This document shows positions 30,661 to 39,745 of a stretch of DNA of 64,000 nt, piece after piece. Where the stretch lies: assembly GCA_963736585.1 (NCBI GenBank), contig CAVTPI010000007.1:322568-386567 (forward strand). The letters run 5' to 3'. The stretch is from Crocinitomicaceae bacterium. GTDB lineage: Bacteria; Bacteroidota; Bacteroidia; Flavobacteriales_D; Crocinitomicaceae. Numbering within the stretch: position 1 is the stretch's first letter; every line of letters starts with the position of its first letter. A program made the translations under genes and the position numbers. The notes beneath the pieces are model-generated. The model had not been told where the DNA came from. It saw only the letters and a program-made list of their open reading frames with translations, and did no database searches.

Positions 30661-31424
30661 ACATACCCCATTAGCCAATACGTAAAATACCCTACCCACT
30701 CGTGATTAAACTTTGCCCAATCATTCATATTGCTCGCATTTGGCACAATAAATTGCTCTAATGAATAACCACGTGTCTCCCCTGTATAGTGGTCTGTGGT
30801 GAAGGTGTCAAATTTTGTAAACCCGGCTTTTTTAAAACAGGCTTTTGCACGCGGCATGTGCAATGCAGATGTTATGAGCAAGTAAGAACTTAATGTCGGA
30901 TAATTATTTAACACTTTTTTAGCTTCTACCGCATTTTGGTGGGTATTTTTTGATTCATCTTCAATTATAATGTCGCTTTCCGGCACACCAAATTCCAACA
31001 AACACTCTTTAAACTGAAGTGCTTCATTCAAGCCTGTATCGGTAATTGTGCCATTTGCACCAACTATCATTAACTTTTTCACTTTTCCGTCGGCATAAAG
31101 TCGCATAGCCTGCCACATACGATCTGCCCCGCGGCGCAGGCTTATTCGTTTCAAATTATTATCGTACTCTGCCATTCCTCCAAGTACAATGCCCACATCA
31201 TAATGCTTTGTTTCTTCTAAGGGAGTTCCTTTGGGTTCGTAAATTCTTACAAATTCAGAAAAAATAACCGTGTTCGAAAAAAATAAGGTTGCAATTGCTG
31301 CTGTCCAAAAAAAGCGTTTTTTCAGTTTGGTGTTTTTTACAAAAAAACCAATTGCCACCGCAATTAAAATCCATGAAAAAGGGTGGACTAAAAATGAAAT
31401 TATTTTGGATATAATGAAAAACAT
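30657..31424 (-). CDS. YdcF/DUF218 (ElyC/SanA-like) protein
   Basis: IVLGG, ESKNTHQNA, LITSALHMPRA, HEWVG. Confidence 0.9.
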   Translation of the reverse strand: MFFIISKIISFLVHPFSWILIAVAIGFFVKNTKLKKRFFWTAAIATLFFSNTVIFSEFVRIYEPKGTPLEETKHYDVGIVLGGMAEYDNNLKRISLRRGADRMWQAMRLYADGKVKKLMIVGANGTITDTGLNEALQFKECLLEFGVPESDIIIEDESKNTHQNAVEAKKVLNNYPTLSSYLLITSALHMPRAKACFKKAGFTKFDTFTTDHYTGETRGYSLEQFIVPNASNMNDWAKFNHEWVGYFTYWLMGYV

Positions 31425-31494
31425 GAAAAAGGTGTATGAACTTTTGCGTCCAAAGATAATACATTATATTTGCGTTCATAAAAAAACAGCAACT

Positions 31495-32358
31495 ATGCAA
31501 GATACAGAAACAGTTAACACTAGCGTTACTGCAGCAGGCAAAAACGTAGATTATTTTAGTAAAGAGTTTTTAATTGATAAAGTGGTGGAATACGGTACTA
31601 GTTTACTCATTTCCATTGCGATATTTATTATTGGGTTTTTGATTGCTAAACGCGTTTCTAAGTTATTCGAAAAAATGCTCAAAAAACGTGACATTGATAC
31701 TTCTCTGCGTGGTTTTTTAATTAGCATGGTCTCCATTTCATTAAAGATTTTGGTTGTATTAACTGCGCTTTCGCAACTTGGGTTAGAGATGACTTCTTTT
31801 ATTGCTTTATTAGGTGCAGCCGGTTTAGCCATTGGATTGGCTTTTTCAGGTACACTCGGAAATTTTGCTGGTGGAATTATGATTTTAATATTCCGCCCAT
31901 ACAAAGTGGGCGATTTTATTTCGGCTCAAGGCGAATCTGGAACGGTACAAGAAATTCAGATCTTCAATACTATTTTATTAACGCCGGACAATAAAACGAT
32001 TATCATTCCAAATGGATCTATTGCCAATGGAAACATGACAAATTTCACCACACAGGCATTGCGTCGTGTTGATTTTTCTGTGGGCATTGCCTACGGCGAT
32101 AATTATGATAAAGCTTGTCAAGTTATAGAGCGTTTTATTTCTGAAGATGAACGTATTTTAAAAGAACCTGCCCATTTTATTGGTTTAGGTGCATTGGCAG
32201 ATAGTTCTGTAAATATTACTGTGCGCGTTTGGGCAAAAACAGAAGATTATTGGGGTGTACACTTTTTAATGAATGAAAAGATTTATAAACAATTTGGTGA
32301 AGAAGGACTAAACATTCCTTTTCCTCAAATGGATGTACACTTGCACCAAACGAACTAA
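31495..32358 (+). CDS. mscS: Small-conductance mechanosensitive channel (start re-assigned to ATG 31495)
   Basis: GAAGLAIGLAFSGTLGNFAGG, IPNG, IPFPQMDVH; TATATTTG promoter element at 31465-72. Confidence 0.92.
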   Translation: MQDTETVNTSVTAAGKNVDYFSKEFLIDKVVEYGTSLLISIAIFIIGFLIAKRVSKLFEKMLKKRDIDTSLRGFLISMVSISLKILVVLTALSQLGLEMTSFIALLGAAGLAIGLAFSGTLGNFAGGIMILIFRPYKVGDFISAQGESGTVQEIQIFNTILLTPDNKTIIIPNGSIANGNMTNFTTQALRRVDFSVGIAYGDNYDKACQVIERFISEDERILKEPAHFIGLGALADSSVNITVRVWAKTEDYWGVHFLMNEKIYKQFGEEGLNIPFPQMDVHLHQTN

Positions 32359-32400
32359 ATTACATTTAGCAAAGTAACATCATACAATGCAATTGCTCTT

Positions 32401-33546
32401 TTAATTAGAGCAATTGCATTGTCTTACCTCTCCAGAACCTGTTTCACTTGACTCAACTGCCGGTTCTCCTGAATAGCATACGTCTCCACTTCCGAAGATC
32501 AACACTTTCAACGCTTCATCACAACTTACTGTTGCATCTCCCGATCCATTAATGTTTACCAGCATTGCTTTTGCATTTATAGAGCGTGTGCAAACGTCTC
32601 CAGATCCGTTAATACTGATATTCCCCGCAGCCGTTTTTCCGGCGCCCGTCAATACAATATCTCCAGATCCATTAATGGTTAAGTCAAATGATGCTGGAAT
32701 GGTTTTTCGCAAGGCCACATCTCCCGATCCGTTTATTGTAACAGATAAACTTGTAGAGGGTATATCGTCCTCTGCGTAAACATCACCAGAACCGTTTAGT
32801 GTAATATTTTTTAGCTCGCTCATAGTTAATGTTATATCTACGTCATTGCGGTATAATTTTCGTTCTAACTCATGCGATTTACCATCTTTTGCATTGATAT
32901 AAGCAATGCCATTTTTCACTTCAATATCAATTAATGTTGTGACAGATTCATCTCCCATTAGCATGGAACTCCCTTCGTTTCCGGCAACTAATTGCACATC
33001 AACCGGAATGTTTACAAAAACAGAATGAATCGGAGAATCGTACATTACTGCTCCTTTTTGCGGCGCTGTTTCACTGATCTCTTCAATTAATTTAGGTTCA
33101 GCAACTAAGGCTAAAGGCTCATCTGGCTTTACTTCCTCCACCAAAATTACTTCGGGCTCATTGTCTAATGGTAGCTCAGCTGTACCCGCGTCATTTATTC
33201 CCTTTGTTGGTGATAAATAATGCATCATTTCCACTGTTCCTCTTGCTGTTTTTGGTTGAATTGGCTGTTTATCCAATTGCACTGTATTGGCTTGTGCCGT
33301 TATAATTGATTTTTCAGTTTCACCTGTGTTTGCTACTAAAACAAGTGCTGTTGCTGCTGTTATTACGCTTCCTATCATAATTGAAATGGTTGTTATGTTT
33401 AATACTGATTTTGACCCGACGGCAAGTGCGGCAGTTAACATTGAAGTACCACCAACCGCAGCCGCAACTTTGGTTACGCTATAATCTACCTTTGCATTTT
33501 TTGCTTTGGCAAATAATTCATTCATTTGATTTGTTCCGTCCTCCAT
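32401..33546 (-). CDS. Putative anti-sigma factor with DUF2807 (GIN/adhesin-head-like) C-terminal repeats
   Basis: Short N-terminus, hydrophobic segment, P/E-rich linker, about 7 NGSGD-type repeats; abuts the ECF sigma stop. Confidence 0.75.
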   Translation of the reverse strand: MEDGTNQMNELFAKAKNAKVDYSVTKVAAAVGGTSMLTAALAVGSKSVLNITTISIMIGSVITAATALVLVANTGETEKSIITAQANTVQLDKQPIQPKTARGTVEMMHYLSPTKGINDAGTAELPLDNEPEVILVEEVKPDEPLALVAEPKLIEEISETAPQKGAVMYDSPIHSVFVNIPVDVQLVAGNEGSSMLMGDESVTTLIDIEVKNGIAYINAKDGKSHELERKLYRNDVDITLTMSELKNITLNGSGDVYAEDDIPSTSLSVTINGSGDVALRKTIPASFDLTINGSGDIVLTGAGKTAAGNISINGSGDVCTRSINAKAMLVNINGSGDATVSCDEALKVLIFGSGDVCYSGEPAVESSETGSGEVRQCNCSN

Positions 33547-34077
33547 CTAACTCACATTTATTGTTTCTGTTAACGCAATGGGCTCATCTACCATTAACGA
33601 TTTTAGCTCTTTTCGTGCGCGGCTCAGCATCACCTTTACAGCACCCTCTTTCATGTTTTGCAATTCAGCTATTTCTCGAATAGAAAAGCCATTTATTTCA
33701 AACAAAATCAGTGCTTCTCGTTTTTGATCTGAAAGTTTGTTTAATTGTTCATACAAATAAGCAATTTCCAAGTCGTTTTCTGCGGTATTGTTTGTTGTTA
33801 CATTTTGCTCATGCCGTTGTTCCAGTGTAGTTTCTTTCTTTTTGCGCACTGCGTTTAGCATAATGTTTCGTGCAGTGGTAAATAAAAAATACATGAGTGC
33901 TTCTTTTTTCTTAATTGTAGACCAATTTTGAAATGCTTTGAGAACGGCTTCGTTTACTAAGTCCTCATAACTCATAACACCGTGCGCACGGGCTTTGCAA
34001 AACCGAACGAAATTTTCGTGTACAGGATTATAAGCCTGCATAAATTCACGTTGTTTTTTTCGTTCTTTTAACTTCAC
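33547..34077 (-). CDS. ECF RNA polymerase sigma factor
   Basis: Region 2 (EDLVNEAVLKAF...YFLFTTARN) and region 4 (REALILFEINGFSIREIA...VKVMLSRAR). Confidence 0.92.
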   Translation of the reverse strand: MKLKERKKQREFMQAYNPVHENFVRFCKARAHGVMSYEDLVNEAVLKAFQNWSTIKKKEALMYFLFTTARNIMLNAVRKKKETTLEQRHEQNVTTNNTAENDLEIAYLYEQLNKLSDQKREALILFEINGFSIREIAELQNMKEGAVKVMLSRARKELKSLMVDEPIALTETINVS

Positions 34078-34096
34078 AATTGCTTTTCTATAAGGT

Positions 34097-34125
34097 AAGA
34101 AACCTCATCTTGAAAAAGGTAACAA
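34097..34125 (-). promoter_or_regulatory. Candidate autoregulatory ECF promoter
   Basis: TGTTACC-N15-TTTCTTA on the - strand, about 20 nt before the sigma start; resembles ECF -35/-10 elements. Confidence 0.4.
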
Positions 34126-34167
34126 TTTTTATGGCTTTTTTTGAAGAAAATTAAATTTGAAAAAGTT

Positions 34168-35415
34168 CTATTCGGCTTCAAACACTCGTAAAACCTTAAG
34201 TTGATCCAATACGCTTGTTTCTTCAGATAAGCCACTTTTTGTTAATAATAGATTGACTGCATCTGTTAAAAGTACGTTTGAAAATTGCGAATCTCTTAAA
34301 AAATGAACCAGTTTCAACACCCGAAATGCATCAAACCACTGAAAAAATCGCTTACTAAAAGCCGCGTCTGTTGTTGAGTTATTTCTAATTTCATTTAATG
34401 CAGAATTGAAATTATTGGCTGCTAAAAAGGCAATTAAACGCGTCCATCCCTGAGTGGTTGCATTTACGTTTAAGGCTGTAATTGCTTTGGTTCGTAGTGC
34501 TGGAATGTGTTCAACAAATGTTTTGATTAGTTCGAACGATTCAAAATTATAAGTATAATACGGTTGTTCGCCTGCGGCAATCCAATCGCCAATTGCTTTA
34601 CCTGTTCCGAATGGCACCCGATCAGAAACCCGTGGAGACGGAATTACTTTTGCATTTTTTAATTCTGTAAATTGCCCAAGGCCTATAATTTTATGAATAA
34701 AATAAAAATCTTCTCCGGCTTTTCGTTTGTTCATTCCCCCTTGTTTTTGATAGGCAGATGAACGAACGGCCATACTTGACCCAACGGTGTGGAAAGCATA
34801 AGGTAAGTTGGCATATTTTAAGGCTAACTTGTAATAGCGCAAATGTAATTCGTAATTTACAATGCCAGTATAAACCTCTTTATCAAACTCTTTACCATTT
34901 AAGGGATGCTCAAAATAAATGGAACAGCCCGGCGTTTTTGGGTTGGCTTTAAAGTGTTGCTCAATTGCAGTTAAATAGTTTTTACTGCATAACGAATCGG
35001 CATCAAAACAAACAATAATACCGTCTTTTTGTAATAAATCAAACCGGTGAACGGCTTCATCCATCCCAATTTTTCTGGCCAGGCCTACGCCCGCATGTTT
35101 TTTAGGTAAATCGTCTACATAAATAGTATGAAAGGTCAGCTTATCTGTATTATGCTGGCTTGCAAATTCTTCTACTTGATTTTTTGTTAGCAGGTTTTGT
35201 TTTTTGATAATGGTATTCGTCTGCACGCCTGCATTAATAATCACAATTACCTCAACACATTGCTGCGGCTGTTCTGCACTTAATAAGGCATTTAGCATTG
35301 GTAAAATATCGGGTTCATTAAAGCACGGTATAGCAACAATTAAACCTAAATTTAACGACGGTTGCTGGGTTAAAAATGGCGGGCGAAACCCATATTTTTT
35401 TAAATAAAAATTCAT
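34168..35415 (-). CDS. Glycosyltransferase family 2 protein
   Basis: IPCFNE, GVGLARKIGMD, FDAD, AGEDFYF, SDRVPFGTG. Confidence 0.85.
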   Translation of the reverse strand: MNFYLKKYGFRPPFLTQQPSLNLGLIVAIPCFNEPDILPMLNALLSAEQPQQCVEVIVIINAGVQTNTIIKKQNLLTKNQVEEFASQHNTDKLTFHTIYVDDLPKKHAGVGLARKIGMDEAVHRFDLLQKDGIIVCFDADSLCSKNYLTAIEQHFKANPKTPGCSIYFEHPLNGKEFDKEVYTGIVNYELHLRYYKLALKYANLPYAFHTVGSSMAVRSSAYQKQGGMNKRKAGEDFYFIHKIIGLGQFTELKNAKVIPSPRVSDRVPFGTGKAIGDWIAAGEQPYYTYNFESFELIKTFVEHIPALRTKAITALNVNATTQGWTRLIAFLAANNFNSALNEIRNNSTTDAAFSKRFFQWFDAFRVLKLVHFLRDSQFSNVLLTDAVNLLLTKSGLSEETSVLDQLKVLRVFEAE

Positions 35416-35424
35416 GCAACCGCT

Positions 35425-36081
35425 TTAGGGCGCAATTCTGAAGATGCGCCAATTTTCACCTTGTTTTTCAAAACAAATCCGATCATGCAAACGTCCTTTT
35501 CGACCTTGCCAAAATTCGTAATAGGCTGGTTTAATAATAAAACCACCCCAATGGGGCAGCCGCGGAACGTCGTTTGGAAATTTATTCTCAAAATTTGCGA
35601 CACGCTCTTCTAACTCAGCTCTGTTTTTAATTTCATGGCTTTGCTCTGATGCCCATGCGCCAATTTGGCTAATCCGCGGACGGTTGGCAAAATAAGCGTC
35701 TGATGTTTCAGCACTTACTTTCTCTATCGTCCCCTCTATGCGAACTTGACGCTCAAGACAACTCCAAAAAAACAGCAGTGATGCTTGCGGGTTTTGATCT
35801 ATCTCCTCACCTTTACGGCTTTTATAATTGGTGTAAACCACCATTCCTTCTGCTGTCAAATCACGTAAATAAACAATGCGAGATGAGGGTGCAGCAGCGG
35901 TGGTTGCGGTTGTTAGTGTTACAGCATAAGGTTCATCACAATTTGCAGTGTCATGCACTTGCTTATACCACGCGTTAAACATGGCCATAGGGTCGTCAAA
36001 ATCGACATTTGTTAGTGTTCCCTTCAAAAAATCATTGCGCTCATTCCGGGTTCTGTCAATATAATCCTCGCTATCGCTCAT
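35425..36081 (-). CDS. pdxH: Pyridoxamine 5'-phosphate oxidase
   Basis: TNYKSRKG, RQVRIEG, SQIGAWASEQS, EFWQGRKGRLHDR. Confidence 0.96.
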   Translation of the reverse strand: MSDSEDYIDRTRNERNDFLKGTLTNVDFDDPMAMFNAWYKQVHDTANCDEPYAVTLTTATTAAAPSSRIVYLRDLTAEGMVVYTNYKSRKGEEIDQNPQASLLFFWSCLERQVRIEGTIEKVSAETSDAYFANRPRISQIGAWASEQSHEIKNRAELEERVANFENKFPNDVPRLPHWGGFIIKPAYYEFWQGRKGRLHDRICFEKQGENWRIFRIAP

Positions 36082-36087
36082 TTTTTT

Positions 36088-36666
36088 TTACTCTTCTTCG
36101 CTTGCGTTAAAGGCTACGTTAATATTTGGTGAAACGATATCTTCTTCTGCTTGAGCAGCATCTTTTTCTTTAATTACTGCTATTGCCGCAGCAACTTCCT
36201 CACGCGGTTCTTCAGCATATTCTCCTTCTTCACCTTCTCCGGCAACAAACGGAAAAATTTCTACGATTGGTGTCAATGAAATCATTGGAATTTCGTAAGA
36301 AACCATTAACCCCTTAAGGCTTTCTTCAATACGCTCGTATGCTTCTTTTACATTGTGCGCAGAAACCAAAAAGTTATTGTTCACTTTCTTTTCTTTACCC
36401 GAGTCAGCATCTTCAGATATGTACGAAACTTTGCATTTGTACCAATCCTCAGCATCATCATAATGAAAAATGTCTGCAAAATCTGTTTTAGCGATAGAGG
36501 TCACCAAAAATTCTCCGCGAACAAACTCGCCCACTTCTGTATAAATACGTGCCTCTGCTTCTGTAAACGAAAGTGAACTTACCAAATAGGGTTCAGTTAC
36601 TCGTTTTAATGTTCCATCTTGAAATTCTTTTGTGAACTTTACTTTAATGGTGTACCAACTATTCAT
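36088..36666 (-). CDS. DUF4494 family protein
   Basis: WY..KVK...VTEPYLV..LSFTEAEARI and WYKCKV duplicated motif; acidic tail. Confidence 0.85.
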   Translation of the reverse strand: MNSWYTIKVKFTKEFQDGTLKRVTEPYLVSSLSFTEAEARIYTEVGEFVRGEFLVTSIAKTDFADIFHYDDAEDWYKCKVSYISEDADSGKEKKVNNNFLVSAHNVKEAYERIEESLKGLMVSYEIPMISLTPIVEIFPFVAGEGEEGEYAEEPREEVAAAIAVIKEKDAAQAEEDIVSPNINVAFNASEEE

Positions 36667-36784
36667 GCTTAAAATTTATTTTGTACAAAAATAAGCATTC
36701 CTTTAATTTTTATACGGGATTATGGCGCTTTTATATGCAAAAAATTGGTTTAGATTTTGGTGGATACAACCATCAAGCAAGCGA

Positions 36785-37873
36785 CTAATAATCATAGATT
36801 TTGCCATTCCACCAGCAGGCAAATGCCGTGCGACTGTATTTCATCATAATGGTATTGCCTTGCAGCGTAAATTCTTCTACACGTTGCCGGGTTATTTCGG
36901 TTTCTTTACCGCGTACAAATGCACTTACCCCGCCCCACTTATTTTTATACGCCATAATTCCACCATCTATCTGCGGTGATGTTACGTTGTCATTAAAAAT
37001 TTGATAAATGGTGTCATTGTACCAGAGTTTTGTTAGGCCAATATCGTTGAAAATAACCAAACTATCACGCACAATAATGTTTTGTAAATCATACCCTAAA
37101 TCGGTAATGCGTTCTTCTCTGTATACTTTATGAATTCCACCATTGTCTTTGTAATAAATTAAATTATTTCCGCATTGAAAATTAGAGGCAAATTGCGGTT
37201 CTGCATCAATAACGTATCCATTATCAAACACGGTAAAAGTTCCAGTTAGCGGGTCGTTGTAAGCTGCAACATCTTGACCGCAGGCAAAGTTAATTGCGTC
37301 GTTAGAACTAACTAAGTTCTTAAATGTACCTCTCCAAAAAATGGCATAATTTCCGGTATTGTCTTTGTAAATAAAGGTGTTAGCCCCTACATAGCTAGAT
37401 GGTAACGGATAAGTACCTACGAACATAGCAATACTGCGTACCTCATCTTGATAATAGTATTTTACCTGTCCACCAATCACGTCTTGAAAAACAACTACGC
37501 TATCTGCAAACGCATACGTTGCCGCATTGGGCGTTAAAATATGCCTTATACCGCGGTCAAACACACGGATGACATTGGCGGTTTGCATTAATAATAAATT
37601 GTCGGTTACTTTTAGCTCATTGTAGGATTGTCCCATCAATGTGGTTTCTCCCTCATAGTAAACGTATATATCTCCTTTTGAATCAACGAAGCATACGTAA
37701 TCGTTACCTACCAAAATTTCTCGTGTCTGTTGGTAATAAATTTGCTTAAACTCGCCGCGGTCAAACATCCAAAGGCGAAAGTTAGGGTCGGTAAAAACAT
37801 TAATGTTTTGTCCAAAAATCGAAGAGGAAAACCCAATCAAAAGCAAAAAAGCTACCACTATTTTTTTCATCAT
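36785..37873 (-). CDS. Hypothetical secreted beta-rich repeat protein (start re-assigned to ATG 37873)
   Basis: Signal peptide MMKKIVVAFLLL...FGQ; repeated short aromatic beta-strand units. Confidence 0.75.
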   Translation of the reverse strand: MMKKIVVAFLLLIGFSSSIFGQNINVFTDPNFRLWMFDRGEFKQIYYQQTREILVGNDYVCFVDSKGDIYVYYEGETTLMGQSYNELKVTDNLLLMQTANVIRVFDRGIRHILTPNAATYAFADSVVVFQDVIGGQVKYYYQDEVRSIAMFVGTYPLPSSYVGANTFIYKDNTGNYAIFWRGTFKNLVSSNDAINFACGQDVAAYNDPLTGTFTVFDNGYVIDAEPQFASNFQCGNNLIYYKDNGGIHKVYREERITDLGYDLQNIIVRDSLVIFNDIGLTKLWYNDTIYQIFNDNVTSPQIDGGIMAYKNKWGGVSAFVRGKETEITRQRVEEFTLQGNTIMMKYSRTAFACWWNGKIYDY

Positions 37874-37888
37874 ACTGTTTAAAATTAC

Positions 37889-37925
37889 CAAAAAAAATGC
37901 CAACATTCATTGCGAACGTTGGCAT
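37889..37925 (-). terminator. Terminator of the S8 protease gene
   Basis: ATGCCAACGTTC-GCAAT-GAATGTTGGCAT followed by a U-run on the - strand. Confidence 0.75.
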
Positions 37926-37962
37926 CTCTTTTTTATTACGCTAATGCAGTTAATTTACAGCA

Positions 37963-39576
37963 TTATAATGTAGATCGTTCTTCTGCTAGTTTTACAGCAT
38001 TGTAAACGTTTACAATTCCACCTGTGCTTGATAATGAGTTGAAACCTACTAAATCTGCCGTTCCAGGTAATTGCGTTTCACGGTCAATTACTTGAACAGA
38101 TGCGAAAATAATATCGCGAATTTCAAACATTGTTAATTTTGGATAATATGACTTTAACAAGGCTGCTACCCCTGCCACCATTGGAGATGCCATTGATGTA
38201 CCTTGAATTGCAGCATATTTATTGTCTGGTATTGTTGAGTAAATTTCTAATCCCGGTGCAAAAACATCTACCATCTCTTTGTTGTAATTAGAGAAAGTTG
38301 CAGCAAGTCCAGTTCTTTTAAGTGTTTTTTCTTTTTTGTCAATTTTTGGTTTTTTGTAGCGCGTAGATGCACCAACTTCTATCCAGTTAGAAAACTCTTT
38401 CTCCATGTTTGGATACTTTGGTGATGGAAAGTTAGATTCTTTTCCAATATCTTTTGACGAGTTTCCTGCTGCATGACAAATCAACACACCTTTTTCTTCA
38501 GCATATTTAATCGCCGCAATTACCTCATCCTGATAAGGAGAATATGCTTTACCAAAACTTCCGTTAATAATCATTGCACCGTTATCTACCGCATAGCGAA
38601 TTGCCAATGCAACATCTTTATCGCGCTCATCTCCATTTGGCACTGCACGAACAGACATAATACGTACATTATCAGCAACACCGTCATTTCCCATGCCGTT
38701 GTTTCTGTTAGCGGCAATAATACCGGCTACATGCGTTCCATGAAAAGCATCCGGGCCTTCAACATCATTGTTACCATAAAATTTATCATTAAAATCACTT
38801 GGATCATCACCAACAACTTTACGTTCATCCAACTCTAAATTATAGTGTGAGTTTAGCTGACCTTCATAATATTCAATTGCTTCATCCAATCCACCGTCAT
38901 TCCAACCATTCATGTTTGCCGCTATCATCATAGCTGCATCATTTCCTAGTTCATTTTCTTTATCCTTCATTAACTTTTTTAGCTGCTTCATGTCATAAGA
39001 ACCACCAAAATGTTTTTTAAGACGCGTATCTGACTCTGCTATTCCGTCTTTAATTTCTGTAATACGCTTTATAACCATTTCAGCAGATTTGCGCTCTTTT
39101 TCTACCTCATCCCGGTAAACAAGGTACATTTCGTACTCTTTCTTTTCTTCACCAGAAACGTCAGCTGCACTTACGCCTGCATATTTTGCATCATATTTTT
39201 TATATAAACGGGTCACCTCTAATTGTGTGTCATTGATATTTTCACCGTCGGCATTTCCTAAAAAGCTCCACCCATTTACATCATCAATGTAGCCGTTCTT
39301 ATCATCATCAATTCCATTTCCGGCAATTTCATCTTCGTTGATCCAAATTTTACCTTTAAGGTCTTCGTGTTCAATATCAACACCAGAATCAATTACAGCA
39401 ACCACTACCGGCTCTGACTTTTTGTCCGACAAAAGCTTAGCATAAGCCTTATCTGTACTCATTCCAAACTTTGCACCATTGTACCAGTTTAAAATTTTCT
39501 TATCTACATCTTGCGCTCCCGCCGTATAACTCAACAAAAGTGCTGAAGCCAAGAAAACATTTTTAATTTTAATCAT
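37963..39576 (-). CDS. Secreted subtilisin-like S8 serine protease
   Basis: Catalytic triad VIDSG, HGTHVAG, GTSMASP; signal peptide. Confidence 0.95.
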   Translation of the reverse strand: MIKIKNVFLASALLLSYTAGAQDVDKKILNWYNGAKFGMSTDKAYAKLLSDKKSEPVVVAVIDSGVDIEHEDLKGKIWINEDEIAGNGIDDDKNGYIDDVNGWSFLGNADGENINDTQLEVTRLYKKYDAKYAGVSAADVSGEEKKEYEMYLVYRDEVEKERKSAEMVIKRITEIKDGIAESDTRLKKHFGGSYDMKQLKKLMKDKENELGNDAAMMIAANMNGWNDGGLDEAIEYYEGQLNSHYNLELDERKVVGDDPSDFNDKFYGNNDVEGPDAFHGTHVAGIIAANRNNGMGNDGVADNVRIMSVRAVPNGDERDKDVALAIRYAVDNGAMIINGSFGKAYSPYQDEVIAAIKYAEEKGVLICHAAGNSSKDIGKESNFPSPKYPNMEKEFSNWIEVGASTRYKKPKIDKKEKTLKRTGLAATFSNYNKEMVDVFAPGLEIYSTIPDNKYAAIQGTSMASPMVAGVAALLKSYYPKLTMFEIRDIIFASVQVIDRETQLPGTADLVGFNSLSSTGGIVNVYNAVKLAEERSTL

Positions 39577-39745
39577 TCGTATAAATTTAGTTGGTTAAAA
39601 ATACAAGAAAACTTTCAATCCGTAATCTAACGATACATAAAAGGTTCATCCCTAATTTAATCGCACAAAAAATAATGATCGTTTTAGTAAACCATTTGCT
39701 ACCTTTGTGCGTCTTGTATAATATAGGAAAACACAGACCAGCAAA

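Noticed and set aside
31270-31494. N-terminal extension of MscS
   Set aside because: It overlaps the divergent YdcF gene and contains the TATATTTG promoter element; ATG 31495 is the better start.
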